Shown: piece by piece, positions 1-12,538 of the stretch
Numbering within the stretch: position 1 is the first letter of the stretch
Layout: every line of letters starts with the position of its first letter
Assembly: GCA_030141605.1 (NCBI GenBank)
Contig: JAQGDQ010000529.1
Span: 51,578 to 115,577 of the forward strand
DNA length: 64,000 bases
Direction: 5' to 3'
Source of the DNA: Tubiluchus corallicola
Lineage: Eukaryota; Animalia; Priapulida
The notes under the pieces: generated by a model
Databases searched by the model: none
Told to the model about the DNA's origin: nothing
Seen by the model: only the letters and a program-made list of their open reading frames with translations
Translations under genes and position numbers: made by a program

Positions 1-700
1 GTATTTATTGTTTAACTATTGCCTAGACATAAATGTTAACGAAAGAAGTTAGTAAATTATATATAGGTGGTTTCAAGTAAGCAGAAATTAACCAGTAGAA
101 ACACGAGTAAAACTCATAAAATGTTTAATTTATATGATTTAAGCAGCATTGATTTTTTTTCCCCTGGAACGTATCGCAAGTCTTTTACATTACGTCCTAT
201 GGAAGTCTTGGCTTCGTTTAACGACGTTTCGCTTAACGTCGCATTTTGTTGGAATGCATTAGCTTATTAAGCGAAGACTTATTGTATTGCTTTCTTGCAG
301 AGTTTAAAATATCCAAGTGCATTTTTGTTGTAGTCGTGTAAGTTCTCTATTTTGTGCAACCAGGTTTCCTACAAGTGCAGCATGCAAATTTTTACTTGAA
401 ATTATCGTTTCCTATAAGCTTACAGCTCTAGAAGAGAGTTAATAGATACTTCCAGTCATTAACAAATTAGTAAGAACAGTTCTACTTTTCCGAGTTCCTG
501 GCTAAATTTTCACTTTCTTTATTGATAGCTTAAACCGAGATTCGTCACTTTATGTGTTTGCTTTGCATTGTTTTTGGTCATGACAAACTCCTTGCCTAAA
601 CTTTAGCAGTTGTAAAAGGATTTTACAAACCTTAGTGGCGTTGACTAAACTACACACAAATTATTCAATGATCAATAAAGTCGCAATTGTTCACCGACAG

Positions 701-818
701 TCATGATTCAGAACAGAAAGTTAATGAAACCATGTCTAAAATACCATTACATTTAGGTGACAGATGGCAGCACAGTACTTTACTTGCAATGACTGCCCAG
801 TTAGATAGTATCACAAAT
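701..818 (+). CDS. Candidate internal exon of the KASH-domain gene (HDSEQKVNETMSKIPLHLGDRWQHSTLLAMTAQLDSITN)
   Basis: Acceptor cgacag at 700, open frame, donor GTTTGT at 819; ends phase 0, matching the phase-0 start of exon 1687. Splice sites are only moderate. Confidence 0.45.
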
Positions 819-968
819 GTTTGTTTTTTAATCACATAACTTATTTCAGTCTGCTTTTTTACTAATAAACATTTTATTAATACATGTCTTTCAGTCATAA
901 CATTTCATTTGGTCTTATTTAAGTCAATAAAAGTGTATTGCATATAACATCAGTTTATATAATATATA

Positions 969-1539
969 CAGTCTATAGTCTCGTTATCTCGCCACTGTCC
1001 GTCTAGGGCAAATTTTTGGCGAGTATGGCGAGATAACGGGAATATAACGAAGTTAGTCTATATGTATATACATAATAGTTGATTAACATAGTGTTCCTCT
1101 ATGTACATATAAAATATATTTCGCATTATGATACCAATCAACATTAAATCAGCTTTGGTGTTATAGAATAAGGATACGGTGACGCTTTAGTTTCTCTGCA
1201 CATTAACCAACCACAGCACTCCTAATCTAATCCTGGTGAGACACACACTAGATTAATTATGTCTGTCTATCGAGTACAGCAGCATTGTCTACATACCGCG
1301 GTTATATTGATCGACACGCGGTATATGTATTGATCGATTAACCTCTGAGTTTGTCTGTTTGGCGACATAACGAACATAGTTTACATAAGCACTCATCCTA
1401 GCATGACCTGGCGAGGGCGAGAAGCGGGGGTGGCGACTTAACGAGGTAAATATCAAAGCAGGAAATCCGTCCTGGTACTTTCTATGGCGAGAGACCAGTT
1501 TGGCGGCATAACGAGGGGCGAGATAACGAGGCTAGACTG
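969..1539. mobile_element. Tc1/mariner (pogo/Tigger-type) MITE, copy 1
   Basis: TIR cagtcta..gtctcgttatctcgcc / ggcgagataacgaggctagactg flanked by TA; near-identical inverted copy at 60817-61357. Confidence 0.85.
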
Positions 1540-1686
1540 TATTAATGCACATCATTATCATGTCAAACTCGCTGTAATACCAACTTTTTTTGTAGTCGTA
1601 AAGTGGGTGGTATAAATAGTTTAACTTTGGACATCGTTTCTGTATGTCAGTGTTACTACTTTTATCTCGTATTTTATTTCTCTCAG

Positions 1687-1802
1687 GCTGGAGACAGCCA
1701 GTGTCATCTGTTTAGAAGCCAACAAGAAGATGCTCATAAAGCCAAGCATCAAGTAAAATCAGTTTTCATCAGAATGTGTCAGTTTTTACGCAAAATCACA
1801 TG
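1687..1802 (+). CDS. Penultimate coding exon of the KASH-domain gene (AGDSQCHLFRSQQEDAHKAKHQVKSVFIRMCQFLRKIT-W)
   Basis: Polypyrimidine acceptor ttttatttctctcag, donor GTATGT at 1803; 116 nt, ends phase 2 (TG), joining G at 5818 to give Trp in frame with the KASH exon. Confidence 0.7.
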
Positions 1803-1874
1803 GTATGTATAGCATTTAAATCAATGTAAAATTCTTGATAATTTATCCCGTCACTTCTAGGAGAAAGAGCACAA

Positions 1875-2640
1875 AAACCCTTTCTGTGAGGGCAATAGAT
1901 ACTTTGAAACCCTTTCTGTGAGGATAATAAATGCTTTGAAACCCTTTCTGTGAGGGTAATAAATACTTGGAAACGTTTTCTGTGAGGGTAATAAATACTT
2001 TCAAACCCTTTCTGTGAGGGTAATAAATACTTTGAAACCCTTTCTTTGAGGGTAATAAATACTTTGAAACCCTTTCTTCGAGGGTAATAAATGCTTTGAA
2101 ACCCTTTCTGTGAGGGTAATAAATACTTTGAAACCCTTTCTGTGAGGGTAATAAATACTTTGAAGCCCTTTCTGTGAGGGTAATAAATACTTTGAAACCC
2201 TTTCTGTGAGGGTAATAAATACTTTGAAACCCTTTCTGTGAGGGTAATAAATACTTGGAAGCCTTTCTGTGAGGGTAATAAATACTTTGAAACCCTTTCT
2301 GTGAGGGCAATAGATACTTTGAAACCCTTTCTGTGAGGGTAATAAATACTTTCAAACCCTTTCTGTGAGGGTAATAAATACTTTCAAACCCTTTCTGTGA
2401 GGGTAATAAATACTTTCAAACCCTTTCTGTGAGGGTGCTAAATACTTTCAAACCCTTTCTGTGAGGGTAATAAATGCTTTGGAACCCTTTCTGTGAGGTT
2501 AATAAATACTTTGAAATCCTTTCTGTGAGGGTAATAAATACTTGGAAACGTTTTCTATGAGGGTAATAAATATTTAGAAACCTTTTCTGTGAGGGTAATA
2601 AATACTTTGATACCTGTTTTATGAGGGCAGTAATACTTTG
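1875..2640. repeat. 32-bp minisatellite (aaaccctttctgtgagggtaataaatactttg), about 24 copies
   Basis: Direct tandem periodicity; explains the spurious 170-aa ORF. Confidence 0.95.
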
Positions 2641-3879
2641 ATAATTATTTATTAATTAAAATATAAATGTTCATGCTTATGCTAAATATTTGTTCAAGTC
2701 TAGATGAGCCTTATGACCTTATAATTCGTCAGAGTGAAAAACTCCAAGCTTTTTGCTTTCTGGTGTTTAAACCGCGTAGTTCACTTAGACATGCTGTCCA
2801 TTTTCACTTTTCTTGGCCACGGTATCCAGCGGAAATTCTTGGGTCATTTAATTTTAATTAGTGCAAGTTCTAATAAGTGCCCCATTGTTCATGCAGTGCT
2901 ACACTCAAAAGCGCAGTTCACTTTTTCTGGCACTTAACATAATAAATTGTGTGCTTGCATAGCAAAATTGTCCATAAACCGCCAATTAACATTTTCTAGT
3001 TATTCTCATACTCTGAATTTCCATTTCCTGCAGATCATGCTGATACCAAACTCATCGCTCTGTGTTATTTATAAGTTGAGATAATCCGCGTTGAAGTTGA
3101 GGTGCAGGCTACACAGTGAAAAACATAATCTTGAGAAAATCGCTGTTAAAGTCAGCTATTGTTTTTTGTTGCGTCTCTACAAAACACTTAGGAACCGTAC
3201 GAAAATGTGGTTGCTATGGACTTTGCAAGAACACATTGCAGTTATGTTTAAATCCAGTTCCTGACGAAGATTTGGGCTTGTCAACAGAAAAAAACCCACA
3301 GCAAAATACTATGGGATTTTGAAAATACAAATTTTTTGCAATTGCAGTACTACTTTCTCGCCGGGAAAGTGGGTACGGGATTATAAAATTAGTTTCTTAG
3401 TACTTTTTTAACATTTTTTTTTGTAAATTGATGCTAGAATATAAAACTTCAATATGTTTAGCATTTGTTTTTATAAAAAAAAACAAAAAATTAACATTAC
3501 AACAAAATTTTGGTGCATTCTACTTTGAAGCATCATAACGTAGTTTTTTAACTATGCTGACTTACGAACGGTTTTGGTTTTCAAGCACACAAATGTGATT
3601 TTGTTCAATTAAACATTCATTCATCTACCAAATTTTCAGTACGATACTGCAGCTACGGATGCACTAGATCCCTCAGTTACTTCGAAATTACTAATTCAGC
3701 AAACTAAACTGAAGTTAAAATTAATTTGCATTTCCTACCCTTGAACTTCTTTCATGCTGTATGTAATTATTTACAATTCAATTTATATTAAAAGGTCAGC
3801 TGACTAGATGACCTCTTCATTGGCTCGCTATCCTCCTTCCTCCCTTTCACTTGCATTAATAACTGTTACTCTATATTTA

Positions 3880-4030
3880 CCTGTATAAACCTTTGTACGC
3901 AGGGTATGGCTTAAATACCTTACAGCACAGTGGAGTTATATTGTGGAATAGTGTACCCAATACAATCATTTCCTCTCCTTCTTTACAAATAGCCACTAAA
4001 CAATATAAGATATTTTTACTTAGTAAATAT
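3880..4030 (+). mobile_element. CR1/L2-group LINE 3' remnant
   Basis: Translates YGLNTLQHSGVILWNSVPNTI, resembling the RT C-terminal G..LWN.LP motif. Confidence 0.5.
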
Positions 4031-4189
4031 TCATTGGCGTAGAAAACCAGAGGTTTTTTCTCTTTTTTGTGCACGTGTGTCTTTTTGCACTAATGTTTTT
4101 TTTTACTAATAGGTATCATTACGACCTTTGTTACTTTATTAGTAAAAGGTATAAATCAATTTAAATGAAATTATTCATTCATCACAGCC

Positions 4190-4352
4190 TATATCAAAAT
4201 CGTAATTACATATTATGTTTTCCTTATGTTTCCTTGCTATTATTACATCATTTACTTTATTTCAAAATTCTTTTAATATTTATATCAAAATCGTAATTAC
4301 ATATTATGTTTTCCCTATGTTTCCTTGCTATTATTACATCATTTACTTTATT
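4190..4352. repeat. Local direct duplication of about 72 bp (starts at 4190 and about 4281)
   Basis: tatatcaaaatcgtaattacatattatgttttcc...catttactttatt occurs twice. Confidence 0.85.
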
Positions 4353-5399
4353 ACATTAACTCATCTACAAAAGCACGCACAACTTTAATAATTTTTTCAT
4401 TTTCATTTAAGTAAGGTGAGTGTGTTAATGACCGTATGGTCGTACACTCACCTCACACTACTCAAATCATTTTATTTATTGTTTATTTATGTGTACAACA
4501 TTGTATTTTGATGTGTGAAAATAAATTCATAGTTCATAGTACGCTTGTTACAGACTGGATGTGGTTATTGCACATTTTTGTAGTATGATGGAAAAAATAA
4601 ATTTTAATTCACTTCAGTTCCTCGTTAGCTGTACAGCAGAGTATTGGTCCCTACTATTTAATTAACAGCTATGCGACTTCATGCCAAGATGAACTAAAAG
4701 CATTACGATTAAAGCGTCTTCTTCTGAACGATGCGGGCAGAAGTGAAAAAAATTATCTCTGCCCGCCACGATCTGAAACAGATATGTGTACTTACCAAAA
4801 GTGATGCGCCGAGCTGATTGGTGATCGACGAACAAGTTCTGGTCGCCTCGGCATTGAATTATTGATCGCCCCGGTACCCAAAAGTGTTGATTGGCCCATC
4901 ATTACTTACCAGTGACACTACTTACTGCTATCCCTACTTATCTATGACAATTGCTCCAGCCCACACTGATGGTGGTCCAGATCCGCGTCATAGACCATAG
5001 ATACCATATCATAGGACCAGATACCGATGGTTCAGCAGTGTCATAGTTAAATGTTTGGTAGAAAGTAAGAATGTCAAGCTCTTCGCTTTTATAAAGTTTC
5101 GTAACACGTTATTGGCACTTTTTATCTGCTTATATTTGGAATGATTTGAGCTATTTAACTTTGCACGTAGGGCTGCATCACGGCTTTAGACACTAACATT
5201 TTTATCGCTAGTTTGGCAATAACTGGCTATAGAAATACATAAGCTTTCAATTTTATTGTAATTTTATGACCCAAATGACCAATTAGCTTTGTGGCTAAAC
5301 TTGATTAAAGTCGGCCGTGAGACTTAAGTGACCATGACATTCGGTTGGAAAAAATGTCGTAGAACAAATGAGGGACAAGTGTAACACATTGTTAGAAAA

Positions 5400-5525
5400 T
5401 TTTGAATCTATTAAATACAATGGCCCTTACATATGGAATTCAATTGCTCCAGCTATTAAAAATGCCAACTCGCTGTCCATATTTAAAAAAAAATTATAAA
5501 TTAAACTTACTTGAAACACATAACT
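5400..5525 (+). mobile_element. CR1/L2-group LINE 3' remnant
   Basis: Translates SIKYNGPYIWNSIAPAIKNANSLSIFKK, a typical LINE ORF2 end. Confidence 0.55.
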
Positions 5526-5817
5526 GATCACTCAATCATGATTTGTTGTTTTTCATTTAAAAAACTTCCCCTCTAGTGTAATAATATTTTTATTACTTCC
5601 CACCCGTATATATATCTGTATATATTGTAATATTGTATCTGCATATATTGTAATTTTTTTCGTAACTAATTCTTGTGGCTTACCATAAGCTAGCTTCTTA
5701 GGTCTCTAGCGCAGAATTCGTAAATTGTATCATATTTTTGTATTAACAAAAAGTGATTATCGATGCACATGTAGTGTAAAATTTCTATTTTGTTTAAATA
5801 GCATTTGCCTTTTTTAG

Positions 5818-5962
5818 GTACTATGATTCTCGCATACCAGTAATGTTGTGCTTCTGCCTTAATCTCACTGTTGTCGCAATGATTTTGTACACTGCGATCA
5901 GGGATGTTGCTACGAAGTCATGTCTGGAGCTTCGCTGGTCAGATGGACCACCACCCGTGTAA
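5818..5962 (+). CDS. Terminal exon encoding TM helix plus KASH peptide (YYDSRIPVMLCFCLNLTVVAMILYTAIRDVATKSCLELRWSDGPPPV*)
   Basis: Acceptor ccttttttag at 5817; hydrophobic 22-mer, then about 20 luminal residues ending L-R-aromatic-x-x-GPPPV-stop, the KASH C-terminal signature (nesprin-2 LRYTNGPPPT). AATAAA at 6881. Confidence 0.85.
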
Positions 5963-7320
5963 GTTGTAACCATGGTAACCACGTGGTTACGAACAGGTAC
6001 CCGAAATTTCAAAGAACAACACGTCTTAATACTGGCTAACAGGAGAGGTAAAAGGCACACGTTCCAGTGTCATAATTATGTCGCAGTTACCGGCATTCTA
6101 GTCACCACTCTGATGCAGCAGTCACAACTCGTCTCTGATAGCATGCAAGGTGAACAAATCTTGAAACGAGCACTGATGAATGTGTGTGACTTTCACCTAC
6201 TGGAGTAACTAAATAACTATAACTTCAAATGGCCAGTTAGTACAATGACAGCTGTACGACAGCATTCTTCCAAATATATTTAAGCAGTTCTGATACTTTG
6301 TTTATCTGAGTTTTGCCATTTTGCACAGTGTTAATCTCTCCACAGATAACCTCTGTTTTTACACACTAATCAAAACTTCTTACCGTTTACCTTTTTTCTG
6401 TTTTTATAAAAAAATTCAATTTTGTTCTTGCGTTGTTTATTTTGAATTTATTACTCACGTTTAACTCCCATTTCGAGTAGGGTTCAACGTCTTAAACTTG
6501 TTTGACAACATAACCATGTAATCAGTTTATTACATCACTACATGTATGTGAATTATTGTTTGGTAATCAGCGTTAATGTGTCTTACCGACCTACCAACCA
6601 GCTCAGTACTTCTAAATCAGTGCCAAGAATGTGCAATGATCAAACTATATATTTATGGTTTACTATATACTGTAGGTAGTGTCTAATTTTTTTGACTCGT
6701 TGAAATGTTGCACCAGAGAATTAATTTACATACATTTTCAACCTTACGTCTTTCCAAGAGTGATTTACTGCTATTTGAATATATTTTATTTTGAAGTTTA
6801 TTATAACCACCTTATTATAATGTTGATTATTGTTATACTTGTCTAAAATTTTGTCATTTTCTCAATTATTTTTGTTAACAAATAAATTTTATATATATGT
6901 TGATAATACTTTCCTATATTTCTGTAAACTTTTTGCTGTTTTGTCTTGCTGTTGTTTGTTGGATCATCAAAATTTTTACAAGTGATTCTAGTTTTTAGCC
7001 CATTCATCTTTGGTGTCAGAATGTCGGAGAAAAGCAGGTGACATAAGCACTGTGCTTTTTAATTCTGATCTCCTCATTTAAGTTCTTCATGGAAGTGATT
7101 CTCTTGTTCCCTACATCCAGACGTATTACCAAAGAAGCTGACTTCTCATCATCCTTCTTTCTCTACAGTTTGGTAGCGTGGATCATGAATGTAAATAATC
7201 AACTGGATACTGGCACTTTTCAAAAACATTTATACACATCATTACTGGAAATAAAACGGGTAACAGTTTAAGCAGTAAAGATTCCCAAGAGAAAATCAAG
7301 AAAGAAGATGGAGCAGGAAA

Positions 7321-9066
7321 ATTAAGTACAGAAGTTTTAACGGGGTGGATCATGCTCTGAGATTACTAAGATTAAGTACAGAAGTTTTAACTGGGTGGAT
7401 CATGCTCCGAGATTACTAAGATTAAGTACAGAAGTTTTAACTGGGTGGATCATGCTCGGAGATTACTAAGATTAAGTACAGAAGTTTTAACTGGGTGGAT
7501 CATGCTCCGAGATTACTAAGATTAAGCACAGAAGTTTTAACTGGGTGGATCATGCTCTGAGATTACTAAGATTAAGTACAGAAGTTTTAACTGGGTGGAT
7601 CATGCTCTGAGATTACTAAGATTAAGTACAGAAGTTTTAACTGGGTGGATCATGCTCTGAGATTACTAAGATTAAGTACAGAAGTTTTAACTGGGTGGAT
7701 CATGCTCTGAGATTACTAAGATTAAGTACAGAAGTTTTAACTGGGTGGATCATGCTCTGAGATTACTAAGATTAAGTACAGAAGTTAACCGGGTGGGTCA
7801 TGCTCTGAGATTACTAAGATTAAGTACAGAAGTTTTAACTGGGTGGATCATGCTCAGAGATTACTAAGATTAAGTACAGAAGTTTTAACTGGGTGGATCA
7901 TGCTCCGAGATTACTAAGATTAAGTACAGAAGTTAACTGGGTGGGTCGTGCTCCGAGATTACTAAGATTAAGTACAGAAGTTTTAACTGGGTGGATCATG
8001 CTCTGACATTACTAAGATTAAGTACAGAAGTTTTAACTGGGTGGATCATGCTCCGAGATTACTAAGATTAAGTACAGAAGTTTTAACTGGGTGGATCATG
8101 CTCCGAGATTACTAAGATTAAGTACAGAAGTTTTAACTGGGTGGATCATGCTCCGAGATTACTAAGATTAAGTACAGAAGTTTTAACTGGGTGGATCATG
8201 CTCCGAGATTACTAAGATTAAGTACAGAAGTTTTAACGGGGTGGATCATGCTCTGAGATTACTAAGATTAAGTACCGAAGTTTTAACTGGGTGGATCATA
8301 CTCTGAGATTACTAAGATTAAGTACAGAAGTTAACCAGGTGGGTCATGCTCTGAGATTACTAAGATTAAGTACAGAAGTTTTAACTGGGTGGATCATGCT
8401 CAGAGATTACTAAGATTAAGTACAGAAGTTTTAACTGGGTGGGTCATGCTCCGAGATTACTAAGATTAAGTACAGAAGTTAACTGGGTGGATCGTGCTCC
8501 GAGATTACTAAGATTAAGTACAGAAGTTTTAACTGGGTGGATCATGCTCTGAGATTACTAAGATTAAGTACAGAAGTTTTAACTGGGTGGATCATGCTCC
8601 GAGATTACTAAGATTAAGTACAGAAGTTTTAACTGGGTGGATCATGCTCCGAGATTACTAAGATTAAGTACAGAAGTTTTAACTGGGTGCATCATGCTCC
8701 GAGATTACTAAGATTAAGTACAGAAGTTTTAACTGGGTGGATCATGCTCTGAGATTACTAAGATTAAGTACAGAAGTTTTAACGGGGTGAATCATGCTCT
8801 GAGATTACTAAGATTAAGTACCGAAGTTTTAACTGGGTGGATCATGCTCTGAAATTACTAAGATTAAGTACAGAAGTTTTAACTGGGTGGATCATGCTCC
8901 GAGATTACTAAGATTAAGTACAGAAGTTTTAACTGGGTGGATCATGCTCCGAGATTACTAAGATTAAGTAAAGAAGTTTTAACTGGGTGGATCATGCTCC
9001 GAGATTACTAAGATTAAGTACAGAAGTTTTAACTGGGTGAATCATGCTCTGAGATTACTAAGATTA
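7321..9066. repeat. 50-bp minisatellite (attaagtacagaagttttaactgggtggatcatgctccgagattactaag), about 35 copies
   Basis: Highly homogeneous tandem array with recurring 2-bp deletion variants. Confidence 0.97.
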
Positions 9067-10110
9067 CCAGCTTATTAAATCTTTTCGTCAATCAGTTCAG
9101 TTACCAAAAAAACCAAGGCAAATAGAGGAACCGCCTGTCTGTAACCATACTGTATAAAGTTTGTAGCCTTTTAAAATCCCAAGTTGATGATGTCATGACA
9201 CTCTGCTCTAATGATCGGTTATCATCAATGATATTTTCGTGTATTAGAATGAACTGGTTGTGTAAAAATCTAAAAATGAGGAGTTTCTTTATATAATCAA
9301 ACAGGAAGAAATGTAGAATTAAGCTCCAGACACAGGAAATTTGACGAAACGTACCCTTACTTCTCGAAGAGCAACATGGATACCAACATGCTCATTCTGT
9401 GGAAGAAATATGTAATAAAATTATCTTGGTTAGTTAAGACACTACAAACAATTACTTGTAGCAGTATGAATTTGTTCTTATATTATTACCAAATACCAAA
9501 GCTGGAAAATGTCTTTGCAGCAAACTTCATAATGATCTAATAACTAATGAAAATTTCAATCTACATTAAAGCAGGTAGTGGAGTACAGTAGCATTATAAT
9601 GTTGGCAGTAACGGCTTTTTCAGCTAAAAATAATACCTTCCACAGTTCATGCTGCTGTGTTAATGTGCATATTTAGATAGTTATTAACATTCTAACTTGC
9701 AATGTCCAGCAGCAGATTATCCTCGTTATGAATCATACTCGTGTATTTCATCTCGTCTTAATTAACATCGCTTGGTATCTCGGGCCTTTTTAACGAGGTT
9801 TTTTTTGTGTTTATTTTGCTCTGCTTAATATTATGTTACGTGTGCTACATAAGCGTTTATCTTTTTACCTCACTAAGCATCATGGATTAGCATGGTTGAG
9901 ATCACCTTTGCATCTTTGTTTTTTAAGTGTGTTTTTTTTACTAATAATTAATCAACCTGGTCTGTAGACTTCTAGCCAAGTCATCTGCACTCCATAGTGA
10001 TTACCAAAATCTAACACATCCCACGACTTTCAAATCAGATGAGTGTATAGTTACTATTGATTGGTATAGTCAAGGATTTGAGGTCGGTATCATGCTTAAT
10101 GTATGGCTTC

Positions 10111-10597
10111 TTTGTTGTGGTTATAGATCTTGTAGAACTTGTGAAATGGTGTTTACTTTACTACTGTGGTCTTAGACGTAGCTCCTTTGTTGTGGTTATA
10201 GATCTTGTAGAACTTGTCAAATGGTGTTTACTTTACTACTGTGGTCTTGGACGTAGCTCCTTTGTTGTGGTTATAGATCTTGTAGAACTTGTCAAATGGT
10301 GTTTACTTTACTACTGTGGTCTTGGACGAAGCTCCTTTGGTGTGGTTATAGATCTTGTAGAACTTGTGAAATGGTGTTTACTTTACTACTGTGGTCTTGG
10401 ACGTAGCTCCTTTGTTGTGGTTATAGATCTTGTAGAACTTGTCAAATGGTGTTTACTTTACTACTGTGGTCTTGGACGTAGCTCCTTTGTTGTGGTTATA
10501 GATCTTGTAGAACTTGTCAAATGGTGTTTACTTTACTACTGTGGTCTTGGACGTAGCTCCTTTGTTGTGGTTATAGATCTTGTAGAACTTGTCAAAT
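10111..10597. repeat. 75-bp minisatellite in unit 1 (about 6.5 copies)
   Basis: Unit tttgttgtggttatagatcttgtagaacttgtcaaatggtgtttactttactactgtggtcttggacgtagctcc. Confidence 0.95.
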
Positions 10598-11351
10598 GAT
10601 CATTTTTGTATGATGTTAATTTACTAATGCATCTCTTCAATACTAAGTCTATATATGCATATGGTGTAATAATAATAAATAAAAAACTCAACAAAAAATA
10701 GTAATAATAGTTAAATCTCCGAGTTTTATTAACAAAAATATTTTATAAAGATAAAGTTGATAATCTGAAGAATTTGTAAAAAGAAAATACTATTTACTTA
10801 ATATAGGCATAAGATGCTATCATCACAGTTTGCTTTTTCTGAATTCTAACAGCACAGTGCAATATTTGTCGTGTCAACTCTAGTCAGTTTTACCAGATAA
10901 TTTCTACCTTAGCACTCGAGTTGTTGTGTGCGTCAGCTGGTGTGAGAAATGAGTGTTTCTCAATGACTAGATAACTCCTAAGTTCTAGTGGGAATTTGCT
11001 TGCTTAGTGGTAAATTAATGTAAAAAATAACAACATGCGAATGCAGCAAATTACTAGTACAAGGTTCTGATTTGAAGATTCCCTATTTTTGCACAGTGAG
11101 CTTTGACTGTTGCAAGATGCAATTATATAGCTTGACTAAAACATAGCTGCCAGTTGCTAATTAGCAAGCAGCTAAAAAATTTAGGCACTTCACTAATTAA
11201 CAGTGTCAGTGGACTAATAATTCTTGACACTTGAATTCCAGTGGAAGAGCATTACTAGCTTTCTTAATTAACAGAACTGGGGATGTTTGCTGATTCGTCA
11301 TCAACGAGGTTTTGTTCTCTTGTTTATTCTTGTTCATCTCTTTCTATATTT

Positions 11352-11647
11352 TCACCTGCTTCTTCTGCTTCCTCTCTTTGGTTTCTCTCTATCTTTTTCT
11401 GAATCCTGTTCTTTGCTTCGCTCTTCAATTTTTTGTTCTGGTTCGTCAGTTTCCACTAGCATTCCTTCCCCATCTGCCCATAATTTGCGTCGTCCTAGCA
11501 ATTTTTCTGGATCATCCTCTTCTTCCTCGCTCTCGTAATCTTCCTCATTCCAGTCTGTGCTTATTGCAGTACCGCGACGACTGCCAAGGTATGCTGCAGT
11601 GCTGGCTACCGTGCTAGCTCTTTGAGGCGTTTCCCGGACAAAATACG
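11352..11647 (-). CDS. Duplicated last exon of the Ig receptor, distal copy D (basic-ended tail ...EKDREKPKRGSRRSR*); alternative last exon or pseudo-exon
   Basis: Intact acceptor tttcttttag; phase-1 compatible with TM exon 28453; open 296 nt to TGA; paralogous to 22204-22532. Confidence 0.5.
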
Positions 11648-11706
11648 CTAAAAGAAATATTAATAAAACCAGCTGAACAAAATGCTGTAAAACATTTGGT
11701 GTTTTA

Positions 11707-12095
11707 TAGTGGCGGGCAATTATACCACTGATATCAGGTAATCGATATTGCCAATTACTTTTTGTCAGTAATCGATTACAGAGCTTGCCCTTTGGTATCT
11801 CATTGGAGAAGGTATTTTCCGTGAGGGTCGCTAAACAAATCAGAGCTCCCAGTGTTTGCTAAAGCTTACAGGAAGTGCAGCTATGCCAGCTTTGTAATTG
11901 AGAGCATTTATGTATGCGATTTGCCCGTGTTGAAAATTATTTCAGGCACATTTTGCATCTTTTTAATTATTACAAACTCATTAACACAAAAGTAATCATT
12001 ACTATTCGATTACTCAGCAAAGTAATCGATACCAGAGACTTGCAGGCAAGCAATTGAGGTAATCGAATACTAGGAGTCGTTGACACCCGCCACTG
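11707..12095. mobile_element. hAT-like non-autonomous element (also 15095-15483, 18761-19149, 22592-22980)
   Basis: Ends tagtggcggg / cccgccactg with repeated subterminal gtaatcgat motifs; no clear TSD. Confidence 0.6.
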
Positions 12096-12167
12096 TTGGC
12101 AATTCTGTACTGCATTTTGTTTGTGTATACAGTATTCTGTCTGTTTCTCAGGACTTCAGTTTATATA

Positions 12168-12538
12168 GGTTTTACACGTCAAATGCAGAGTTATGTTAAG
12201 TCAAATGTAGATTTAGGTAATTCAAATGTGTCTTGGTAACTCAAATGTAGGCACATGTCAAGTCAAATGTCCTATGTCTACATTTGACTTACCTAAGTCA
12301 CATTTGAGTTGCCAAAGCACATTCGAAATTCCTATGTCTACATTTGACTTACCTAAGTCACATTTGAGTTTCCAAAACACATTCGAAATTCTTGTGTCTA
12401 CATTTGACTTACCTAAGTCACATTTGAGTTTCCAAAACACATTCGAAATTCCTGTGTCTACATTTGACTTACCTAAGTCACATTTGAGTTACCAAAACAC
12501 GTTTGAAATTCCTGTGTCTACATTTGACGTGTAAAACC
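12168..12538. mobile_element. TIR element with internal 60-bp tandem repeats (foldback-like MITE; also 15556-15908, 19222-19574)
   Basis: ggttttacacgtcaaatg ... catttgacgtgtaaaacc flanked by TA; absent from unit 4. Confidence 0.8.

Noticed and set aside
7321-9066. Regular 50-bp array (and the other 27-75 bp arrays) as CRISPR arrays
   Set aside because: Monomers are contiguous with no unique spacers, there are no cas genes, and the context is eukaryotic.
7146-9400. Small minus-strand exon-like segments near 9361-9399 and 7146-7244
   Set aside because: Splice-like signals exist, but no unambiguous frame or recognisable product; joining to the TM exon gives an immediate stop or an unconvincing peptide.
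11287-11617. + strand 83-aa and 101-aa hydrophobic/Ser-rich ORFs (repeated in each unit)
   Set aside because: Antisense shadows of the purine-rich minus-strand tail exon.
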